The notes under the pieces are model-generated. The model searched no databases, was not told the origin of the DNA, and saw only the letters and a list, made by a program, of their open reading frames with translations. From Histomonas meleagridis 2922-C6/04-290x (Eukaryota; Protista; Parabasalia), in assembly GCA_020184695.1 (NCBI GenBank), contig JAANOX010000033.1:124001-188000 (forward strand): a stretch of 64,000 nt of DNA, given 5' to 3'. A program made the translations under genes and the position numbers. This document shows, one piece after another, positions 31,296 to 41,274 of the stretch (within the stretch, counting starts at the first letter, position 1; every line of letters starts with the position of its first letter).

Positions 31296-33426
31296 ATGTT
31301 GATTTTGCCTTCCTTATATATCCTTAGTATAAGTTCTGATAGAACATCTCAGGTTCTTCTATTTCTTCATATTTTCCGAAGAACTAATACTGAATGCAAA
31401 ATACAATACAACATATGCAAATGGGGCTGGTGGAGTTTATCTCAATTGGACAATTAATGATCAAGAAAAAAATCAAACTGATTCTTATAAAATATTTTTG
31501 GAAACGAAAAGCGGCTGGGAACCAGTTAGCACGCACAAATGGGGAACTACTATAAATGTTTTGAATATTTATCCATCATATAGTATCACTGGTACAGCTT
31601 TGATTAACATTGATGAATGCTATCCTTTTTTAACAAATGAAGAAGTATATATGAGCTTTACGTCTGGTTCTATATCAAATTATCCCAAATCAGCTTCTTT
31701 AAAAGTTTGGATGGAAGGTGGCTATATTGAAAACGATAATTACGATGCTTGTGGTGCTGATTCTAATGGTGAACAAATTATTGATGTAACACTCAAATCT
31801 ATAGATGATTTTGAAAAAGAGTTGGAAAACTCCAATCAAACATGGTTGTACCATTTTGATGTAACTGCTTTTGGATTTTGGGATTATAGTGACTGCTACT
31901 CAATCAAAACAGAAACAGCAGAAGGAGTTATCAGTGATTACATTAAAAAAGGATATGGCTTTATTACTGGACATGATTCGATCACCTCTGGTTTTGAAGA
32001 TGATAAAGGTAATGCCGAAGGTATCGTTGCTATTCGAAAGTTGTTCAATATTACAGTTAAAGAACATGATAAAGATTATTTCAATTACATACAGTCTGAC
32101 AAAATAGAAGTTCACAAGCAAGGATTACTATTAATGTACCCATGGAACCTCATTAATAGGGAAGAAGAAGATGAATCAAATAATTTTTCTCACACTTCGC
32201 ATCATAAAGCTCATGGTGATATTTGGTTTTCATTTGCTAGTACCCCCGAATATGATACAACCAAGTGCAATGAAACAGATAATTTCTATCTTATCACATT
32301 TGGAAACACAGCAATGGTTCAAACAGGTCACACTGGTTCGGCAACATCTTTTGAACGAAAAATCCTTGCCAACACTATATTTTATCTTAAGCAAAGAACT
32401 AATGAAACTGAGTTTGAAGATCATTATCTTAATTTGCCTGACACATAGCAACCAGAAATTAATGACATAGTAATAGATCAAGCAAATTATTTAATAACAA
32501 TTGAAGCAAATGTTGGTACACAATATACATTTAAAGTTGTTGCATATAATAGTACAGGCCAAAGCATCAATGAGTCAGAAGTTGTTGTTAATGTTACAAA
32601 AGGAATCGCTTATTATAATTATACATATAGCGCTAATGCTAATTGTGAGTTACATGATTTAACAAATATAACTTATGATAATACTATTAAATTTACAACT
32701 AATGATGTTGTGGATCAAATGTATCTTCATGTTGCTTAAACAGATAATAAAAATATCACAGGAAATATTACTACAGTTCGACTAAATTTCTCCACGAATA
32801 CATTTTCCCAATCGAATACATATTCACAGTCGAATACATTTACTCAATCAAATTCATTTTCAGAGTCAAACACGTTTACACAGTCCAACACATTTTCTGA
32901 ATCAAATACATATACGAAGTCGAATTCATTTACAAATTCTAATTCATTTTCAGAGTCCAATTCTTTCACTTCTTCATTTCCATTTGGTGCGTCACTCAGT
33001 TTTTCGTTTATTCTCACAATATATTCGTCTGACATAAGTTCATTTACCCAAATTATCCGCACTCAGTATTTATCCGATTCGACATTAATATTTTATGAAT
33101 ATTCAATTATTCACATGACTACAATCATTAGTTTTTATTCAGATTATTATACATTTGTATTTCAATCTTTATATCGTATTAGTGATGAACCTGTTTTAAA
33201 CAGTGTATCTCTTATTGGGATTATATGTGGATCTATAGCTTTAGTGTTAATCATCATTGGTGTTATGGTTTGGTTATTTAGAATTAGTAAAAAAGATAAA
33301 TCAGATTCGGAACTTAATGGAAAGTTTAGTGATTCGTTAAGTTCCAATTTAGAAAAAGAACAGCAATATGAAATGATACAAACAATAGGAGAAATGGCAA
33401 AAGAAGATGATGATCAATGGATGTAA
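31296..33426 (+). pseudogene. Disrupted type-I membrane surface protein with a non-LRR ectodomain, hexapeptide stalk, TM and acidic tail
   Basis: One reading frame runs from 31333 to 33426, interrupted only by TAG (32446) and TAA (32737). It joins the supplied ORFs 31498-32448 and 33115-33426. The candidate ATG at 31296 is one base out of frame. TM GIICGSIALVLIIIGVMVWLF; tail EDDDQWM. Confidence 0.8.
32794..32973 (+). repeat. Ten degenerate 18-bp (hexapeptide SN[TS][FY][ST]x) tandem repeats
   Basis: Translation: TNTFSQ SNTYSQ SNTFTQ SNSFSE SNTFTQ SNTFSE SNTYTK SNSFTN SNSFSE SNSFTS. Confidence 0.9.
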
Positions 33427-34900
33427 TGTTTGAATAAAGTATAGATATCGTTTATTCCTAATATTAAATTTTCAAAATTATTCGTTGTACTAAAACTTTA
33501 TCCATCTATAAAAAGTTTAGAACAGCATTTGTTTGAACTCAATTACATAATTAATGTTCCATGGAATCATGATTTTAAAATTCATTTTATATCAATGTCG
33601 GAGTAAAAAATGTAAGTAATTTTGAATATGATAATTACCTACAGTTGAAGATTTCTAGTGACTTCGTAAAAATGCCAAAATAAAATCAAGGTTCCAATTC
33701 TATTTCAAAATAAAATCATTTGTTCTTCAATATATGTTTAATATATTTTTATATAAAAAATACACAATGTAGATTTGCTGTATTAAGAACGAACTAATTC
33801 AAAATGAAATTTCTCCCTAAAGTGTATTATCAAAATGGTTGCAACTGCTACATAACACAAAATATTTAATGTTTTTTTGTTTTCTGTGCATATTCTTGTG
33901 CTGACACAATTTTCTTCTGGATTTTCACTTTACAGAAAAAATTTCAGTTCGAAGTCCAATTATTCAATAACTGTACAATCATGTTTTTTGATGGTTTCTC
34001 TCAATTTCTCGCCTGAGGCGAATCATTGACGAAATAATTCAAAGGAAATAAGAAATGCCATATTATTTGAAATCATTTTACACTTTTTCAAAAGTGCTAT
34101 GGTTTCGAACGATCAATATTGGTTAAAATCAATTTTTCAACAGGTTTAAAATCAAACCGTTGTTGGCTGCATTCAAAATTCAATGATTTGTTAATTGTAT
34201 TGAAATTAACTTTTTGTATGTTTTAATTCATCGTGTTTTCTTGGTTGCGGACGATGTCTTCTTCTTTCTTTTATTTTTTGACAGGATTTTAATACAATTT
34301 AATTATGGAACTATCTGTCACTTTTTATTAGAAAACATTGAGTTTCAGCTTTGTGAACATCTTCCGATCGCAAAAATCATAAAACATGCATCAGCAAAAG
34401 TTTAACCAATGAAATAATCAAAAGGCGAAGCGGTTGAAGCTCTCTGTATCGTTTTTGACTGATTTATCAATAAGTTTCTCAAGTTTTCTCACGAATGTGT
34501 ATTCATTTCTCAAACTTTCAAACATTACACTTGCCTTACTTCGAAATCCAAAGAGGACATATACTTTACATCCTCATCCCATGAAAAAGCGAATATATCC
34601 ATTAAAGTAACAAATTTTATTATTCTAAAAGATAATGAAACCTATACATTCAATATCAGTGCAGGAAAATATCATTGGCATTTCCCTTCATTAGAATTAC
34701 CAATTTCATATGTTAAACATTATTTCAAATTCTTTTCTTTTGTACTTAATCATTTTACATTAAAAGAACACTTAGCATTTTCAATGAATAATATTTTCAT
34801 AAAGAAAATGTTCAAATTCATTCAAGTTATTCAAGTTCTGATGCATAACATTTTTATTTTTTAGGATTTTTATTATTTTTTGAAATTAAACTTTTAATAA

Positions 34901-35604
34901 ACAAATTGAAAACATGCGAAAAAAAAAAAAAAAAAAATATTTTAATTTTTGTTATATTTTTCATAAATTCATTTCAAATATTATATGATAATAACTCAAC
35001 ATTAATAATAACAAATTTAAATGATTTTGAACAAATTGATCAATATAAAAACGTCACGAAATTTGTAAACATTAGTGAAGGAATTTATTCGATTCCAGGT
35101 GATGTATTTTCAGGATGGCCATTAGTTATTTCAGTTAATTTTGGTAATTCTATATCAGATATTGGTGGTTATGTGTTTTTGTCATGTTCTAATTTAGAAA
35201 GGATAATATTTGGCGGAAATGTTACAACGATTGGTGGTTCAGCATTTTCATTGTGTTCATCCATCAAAAGCATTACAATTCCAAATTCAGTCACAAAAAT
35301 TGGAAGTTCAGCATTTTCATTATGTTCTAATTTAAGAATATTAACACTTGGGTCTGGAATAAGAGAAATTGGAGAATCAGCATTTGGTAATTGTAATTCA
35401 CTTGAATGCATTTATTATTATGGAGATACAGAACCAAATATTGGAGAAGGTGCATTTTATAATGTTACAACAAGTGTTATCACATATCCAACATATGTAG
35501 GAAGTAAATTTGGAAATTTAGATGTTGACAAAGACAACGCAGAAGGAAACTGCAGCCCGATTGCAACAATTTCATTTTCTTCATCACACACATTCAGTCG
35601 AAGT
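34901..35604 (+). repeat. Recent direct duplication, copy 1 (5' part of a BspA gene)
   Basis: Near-identical to 38576-39163 apart from a 117-bp segment (35271-35387) missing in copy 2, a +1 T in copy 2 and a few substitutions. The lengths agree: 704-117+1=588. Confidence 0.92.
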
Positions 35605-36090
35605 AATACATTCACTGGATCATATCAAAGTGATTTAACATTTTCATTTTCATATACATTAACATATACATTGACAATTACAAATTCATTTACTTATTCT
35701 GAAACGAAAACAAGATCACTTTCATTGTCCATATTTAATTCAACATTTTCTTATGTTGAAACAGAATTTATTTATTATGATTACACAGTTATTATGTATT
35801 CGACATATTATAATTATTATTCAAATTTCATTACAATGTTTCACACGAACATTTTACAAACAAATGGACTTACAACTAATGCATTGATTGGAATTATTTG
35901 CGGATCAATTGCATTTGTGTTAATAATTGTTGGAATTGTTATATTCTTAATAAAAAGTAATAACAAAAAAGTAAAATCGACATCGAAATTACAATTTAAG
36001 GATACAACTACATCAAGTACAAAACAAATGGAGGACGTAAATACTTTAGTTGAAGATATTGTTCAAGAAGATGAAGACAATTGGCTATAA
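34906..36090 (+). CDS. BspA-like surface protein: full open frame but no in-frame ATG at the 5' end (possible pseudogene)
   Basis: Signal-like ILIFVIFFINS, LRRs (SITIPNSVTKIGSSAFSLC), stalk, TM GIICGSIAFVLIIVGIVIFLI and tail EDEDNWL. The supplied start is TTG, and the nearby ATG at 34914 is out of frame. Confidence 0.75.
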   Translation: MKTCEKKKKKNILIFVIFFINSFQILYDNNSTLIITNLNDFEQIDQYKNVTKFVNISEGIYSIPGDVFSGWPLVISVNFGNSISDIGGYVFLSCSNLERIIFGGNVTTIGGSAFSLCSSIKSITIPNSVTKIGSSAFSLCSNLRILTLGSGIREIGESAFGNCNSLECIYYYGDTEPNIGEGAFYNVTTSVITYPTYVGSKFGNLDVDKDNAEGNCSPIATISFSSSHTFSRSNTFTGSYQSDLTFSFSYTLTYTLTITNSFTYSETKTRSLSLSIFNSTFSYVETEFIYYDYTVIMYSTYYNYYSNFITMFHTNILQTNGLTTNALIGIICGSIAFVLIIVGIVIFLIKSNNKKVKSTSKLQFKDTTTSSTKQMEDVNTLVEDIVQEDEDNWL

Positions 36091-36547
36091 TTTGATGTAA
36101 AATAAAATATATTTTTTATTTGATATATCGTAATATAAAAAAATATGAAATGATTCGTAATGAGAAATGATAATATTTGAAATGTTAATCGATTAACAAT
36201 TTGTTTATATATATTAATATTGTTTTGAGGTAAAAATGTGATTATATTAAAGCAGACACTTTTCATTGATAAATGATTTATAGTTTGTAATAGAAATTTA
36301 AATTTAAGTACTCCCTTTTGGTATCATTGGTTATTAGTTAATTATCAATTTTTTAAATATAACAATAATTATAAATATTAATATTATAATTACATTGGGA
36401 ATTTTTATTTTTTTCAAAATATTTTGAATCATCCAAATTCGATTGTTTACAATTATCTAACAGCGGTTTATATCAAATAGTTTCTTCGGAAAAAAATCGA
36501 TTTTAGTTCAGGGCTTAGGTTGAAAATCAAAGGAAACAAAGCCAAAA

Positions 36548-37090
36548 ATGCTGTTGCTGTTGCTCTATTTTTCATGAATTCTTTTCAAATATTTTTCGAT
36601 GATTGTAATTTTACACTTTTAATAGTTAATTCATATGAATTCATTTGCAAAATCAGTTACATATATTCATTTTTGTAACACTGTAAATCATATCGGAAAT
36701 TCAGTATTTTTATCATACTCATATTTTGGAGGAAATGTTACAACAATTCGTAATTCAGCATTTTCATTTTGTCCATCACTAATAAATGCTACACTTCCGA
36801 ATTCGGTTCAAAACATTGAGATTCAGCGTTTTCTAATTGTTATAATTTAACAATATTAACACTTGGAACATAACTAAAAGAAGCCAGCGACACCGAATGA
36901 CGTAACCTTTTATAATTTTGGCAATTCAGAACCGTATATTGTCATCAGTTATTACATATTTAACAATATTTGGACATTTCCAGTGAATAATGAATATGCT
37001 GTGGTGCGTGTTCACCAATTTCAACACATTCATTTACAAAATCGAATACATTTTCAATTTCTAATTCATTTTACACGACAACGCACAGTC
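36548..37090 (+). pseudogene. Heavily decayed BspA paralog
   Basis: ATG CTG TTG CTG TTG CTC signal followed by a frameshift. Remnants FFMNSFQIFFDD, FGGNVTTIRNSAFSFCPSLINATLPNSV and SFTKSNTFSISNSF lie in shifting frames and resemble the 34906 gene. The 3' boundary is approximate. Confidence 0.75.
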
Positions 37091-37413
37091 ACAAAAATTT
37101 AATACTTTTTATGAGCTGAAGTATTTTTCTTCTCTTTGTTTTTCTATAATATTAATTGACATTCTTCACATTATTATATTAAAAGCATTATTAAAAGAAA
37201 TTAGACTAATTTTTTTAGTTATTCAAAAATATATTTAGAAATTTATGGAATCCCATCAAAAGCTAAAGAGAATAACTTTACAAAGCGAAGTATTGCTCCT
37301 GACCAAAACGATCGATATCGTCCACACAATAGTCGTCATTAAGGTAATAAACTCAATAAATGTTTTTAGCAAAACGTGATTTATAAAGACAAAGAACCAA
37401 ATCTAAACAATAC

Positions 37414-37812
37414 CTAAATTTGGCGAGCGAGTCTTGCAGTTTCGTAGCAACGCTTTTCGAAATCATCTTTATCAACAAACACCCTTGTATGTTTTGCTGT
37501 TCCCACAATCCCTTTTTCGTCCGATGCTTCAATTTCAAAATGAATACCATCTTTATCAATATCAACAATTCTTGATATAACAGAAACATTAGAGCCTAAC
37601 CTTGAAGGTCTTTGATAAAACAATTTCATTTTTGCGCTTATCGATGTTTGTCCACTAATAAGGCATGCAATCTCTACTGCTTTGCACGATGCTTCCTCCA
37701 TCAACGATGAACGCACAGCAGTTGATAAAGCGTTTACAAAGCCGGCCTTTAGGTTTGTTGCAAGGTGTTCGTTTTTCACCTGAATTGTTACTTTTCCTGT
37801 AGAATCAGCCAT
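37414..37812 (-). CDS. Hot-dog-fold thioesterase, fluoroacetyl-CoA thioesterase (FlK)-like
   Basis: The pattern TGKVTIQVKNEHLA...ALSTAVRSSLMEEASCKAV...FEIEASDEKGIVGTAKHTRVFVDKDDF follows the recalled FlK consensus (ATP..IALMExAA...FEVEAxDExGxIGxGxHxRxxVD). Confidence 0.75.
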   Translation of the reverse strand: MADSTGKVTIQVKNEHLATNLKAGFVNALSTAVRSSLMEEASCKAVEIACLISGQTSISAKMKLFYQRPSRLGSNVSVISRIVDIDKDGIHFEIEASDEKGIVGTAKHTRVFVDKDDFEKRCYETARLARQI

Positions 37813-38271
37813 ATTTTAACGATATGCGTCAATATAATATAATTACAATTAATTTAGAAGTATTTAGATATGGACCTTAATACTTACACACATACATTAA
37901 TATATTTCATTTAAAAATATGATAAATCTTGAAGGAAATGTTTAATATGTCATTAAAAATTCATATCTCTTGAAATTAATGAAATTTAATAACTTAAAAC
38001 ATGTTTACCACCAACAAAGATGTATCATTACGACCACCAGACTCAGTTTTATCGCGTGCATTCATTATATTATTTAAAAGTGACTTTATAATCATTTCAA
38101 GCGCCACCTTTTGTAGGAGCCTTTAATTATTGAAATAAAATTTCAGGTTAAATTGAAAAACTTCAAAAAAAACAACAACAAATTTCTTATATGTTAACCG
38201 TATGATTTTTAACTTTTGTATTAGCCGATGTGTATTTGGTTAAGGCCTTCGACTATATCAGGTCTTGAATC

Positions 38272-39751
38272 ATGAGAATTCTTCATTTGTTGCTCGTTTC
38301 GTCCATTACAAAGCAATTTAGTAACAGTATTATACCAGAAAGCCCATTCCTTACGACTATAAAAATATCAAATATGAAAAAGAGCCTTTGCAAAGAAGGA
38401 CTTGCGCATAGTAAATTTCTTTGTTTTTCATTGATGCAAAACGATAAAAAAGACCGACCACTTAAATTCAATGCTTTTGCTCGTTTAACCGCCGTTTTTT
38501 CAATGATATTAGTGGTTTATGTCAATATTTTTCAGAAAAAACCACTTTTTCTTCAGAAATTTTTGTTGACCAATTACAAATTGAAAACATGCGAAAAGAA
38601 AAAACAAAAAAATATTTTAATTTTTGTTATATTTTTCATAAATTCATTTCAAATATTATATGATAATAACTCAACATTAATAATAACAAATTTAAATGAT
38701 TTTGAACAAATTGATCAATATAAAAACGTCACGAAATTTGTAAACATTAGTGAAGGAATTTATTCGATTCCAGGTGATGTATTTTCAGGATGGCCATTAG
38801 TTATTTCAGTTAATTTTGGTAATTCTATATCAGATATTGGTGGTTATGTGTTTTTGTCATGTTCTAATTTAGAAACGATTATATTTGGCGGAAATGTTAC
38901 AACGATTGGTGGTTCAGCATTTTCATTGTGTTCATCCATCAAAAGTAATTGTAATTCACTTGAATGCATTTTATTATTATGGAGATACAGAACCAAATAT
39001 TGGAGAAGGTGCATTTTATAATGTTACAACAAGTGTTATCACATATCCAACATATGTAGGAAGTAAATTTGGAAATTTAGATGTTGACAAAGACAACGCA
39101 GAAGGAAACTGCAGCCCGATTGCAACAATTTCATTTTCTTCATCACGCACATTCAGTCGAAGTGATACATATTCTGATTCAAATACATTTTCAGCGCCGC
39201 ATTCATTCACTAGTAATAATACATATTCAAAATCGAATGCATTTACTGAATCATTTCAAAATGATTTAACGAAATCTTTTTCATACTTATTAACGGTCAC
39301 ATTATCGTTTACACATTCGTTTACTTGTTATGAAATGCAAACGAAATCACTTTCACTATTTACAATTAATTCGTCGTATATTTATATTGAAACAGAATTT
39401 ATTTATTATGATTACACAGTTATTATTTATTCGACATATTATATTTATTATTCGAACTTCTTTACATTTATTTATAATAACGAATTTCAAACAAAAGATA
39501 ATAAAACAACAATTATCATAATAATCGTTTGCGTTATTGTTGTTGTTATTATTATAATTTCATTACTAATTATATTATTGATACGAATTAAAAATAAAAA
39601 AGAAGAAATTGCTGAAAATGAAATTTCAGAACAACAAAATGATAATAACCAAACAACAAACACATTCACAACAGGAATATCTATATCAAATATTGAAGAA
39701 GACCCATTTGCAGATGATTTCAAAGAAGACAAATTCATTGTGCAAATGTAA
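38272..39751 (+). pseudogene. BspA-like gene, copy 2, split by a +1 frameshift
   Basis: The supplied ORFs 38272-39021 and 38885-39751 are one gene, broken by TTTT at 38969-38972 (TTT in copy 1). It has an in-frame 117-bp LRR deletion, its own TM (IIIIIVCVIVVVIIIISLLIILLI) and tail EEDPFADDFKEDKFIVQM. Confidence 0.8.
38576..39163 (+). repeat. Recent direct duplication, copy 2
   Basis: Near-identical to 34901-35604 (see that entry). Confidence 0.92.
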
Positions 39752-40479
39752 TTAAGATAATAAATAATAAAATATAGTATGTTCTAAAGTAAATCATTTT
39801 TAGTTTCGTGTTTTTTGTTTTTAAAAAACTTCTGAAATCAGATGGTGAGTACCAACAAGCAAAAATTATGAAATCATAAGTGAAATATTTATTTTTTCAG
39901 TCAAAACCGATCAAGCTGCAAGACGATACGACTTATTTTGACAATAATTTGCCATAAACTGTTATTAGGGGCGCCCTGTAAATTTCATTTAAAGTAAACT
40001 ATATAAATCGGAGTTTGTAAATCTATATAAATGGCCAGTTGGTTGTAACATCATGTTTGAAAATCATAAAAATTATAGATAAATATTATGAATATATTCA
40101 TTCACCATATTTTATCTCAATCAAAATTTTCTTATTGAATTTAATGATTATGATTTCATAAGAAGATGATCATTTGTGATTGATTTCATATACCATTTTT
40201 TCTAATTTAAATTTAACATGATAATTCAAGCGGAAATTATATAATAAATTATTATAATATACGGAAAATTTTTTTCTCCCTTTTTTCGGAAACAACATAA
40301 TAAACTTGAAGTTTATGTAGTGTTATTTTATGTATCAACAAGAAATTATTAAATTTATTATATACATAGAGATATATGAAAAACAAAATCATGTTTTTTC
40401 GAAAGTATTGAAAAAATTGATTTTGATCTTACCCCTTAAGAATCCCAAAACATATGTTATTTTTAGAAAATTTAAGTTT

Positions 40480-40943
40480 ATTTAACAAAATTCGTGTATT
40501 AAATACTCAATTAAGATAATAATTACAGGTATAACCAGCACTATAGATAGTCGACTAATAAATCAATTCCAAGACCCAAAGAAGCTTTTGTTGCAGAACA
40601 ATCAGGAATTAATGTCTTGTCACATTTAGGGTTGACTGAAAAGTTTATCAGTACGGAAGCAACACATATTTCAGCAATTTTTGAAACGCCAAAAATAATA
40701 AGAAAAATAATAAGAACCCTATCATCTTCATCAGCAACAGCAAAAATTACAAAAAGAATTATGGTGGCAAATATTGAAGCTGCGGGTAATATTGTATTTG
40801 TAAGTGATAATTGATAAGGAGTATTTTCAACTTTTAAGTTATTTTTTGAAATAATCACGCTACCATAAATTGAATTATGGGAGCTAATTCAGTAACTTGA
40901 AATATACCTAAAAATATGACGAAAGCTCTCCAACTGTTTCCAT
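40480..40943 (-). pseudogene. Possible frameshifted small multi-pass membrane protein gene
   Basis: The supplied ORF 40541-40858 starts at GTG and has two TM-like segments. More hydrophobic segments (VIFLGIFQVTELAPIIQFMV upstream, TIVLVIPVIIILIEYL downstream) lie in neighbouring frames. There is an ATG near 40943. Confidence 0.35.
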
Positions 40944-41274
40944 TTTGCAGAAACAAATTAATTTTATAACAATTCTAAAATTTTTGATAAGGTTATCAAA
41001 CGACTTCTGAAAAATTGTTATGCCTTTGGAGAAAAACCCACTAATAAAAGGTTGTCATCCCTTATCGGCGACGTAAAGTAGTAAATACAGAGCCCCCGGA
41101 ATGATTTATGCCAAAAAAATTGAATAAAAATATTACAGCCAGCTTATTCAATGAGTTTAAATGTCAGAAGTAAATGAAGACGAACTTTTATCAGATTTTC
41201 CATCAGACCGCACTAAGAATGAATGCATATTACTGGTTGTTTGTTTTACTTCACTATTCATATCTTTCATCATT

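Noticed and set aside
31327-31352. Possible 26-nt spliceosomal intron GTATAAG...CTCAG
   Set aside because: It lacks the trichomonad branch-point/3' signature, and removing it does not join the ATG at 31296 to the main frame (it gives a stop after about 20 codons).
32794-32973. CRISPR-like or satellite array
   Set aside because: The 18-bp units are degenerate at synonymous positions, have no spacers and are in frame, so they form a coding repeat.
32844-33062. Minus-strand ORF with repeats (ENELEFVNEFDF...)
   Set aside because: It is the antisense reading of the plus-strand hexapeptide stalk repeat.
31333-33426. TAA/TAG reassigned to Gln (diplomonad- or ciliate-type code), suggested by the in-frame stops
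   Set aside because: Conserved genes here end at TAA (GAPDH, YJU2, LTV1), TAG (sugar transporter, CDK) and TGA (TKL kinase) at their expected C-termini, and multi-kb ORFs have no internal TAR codons.
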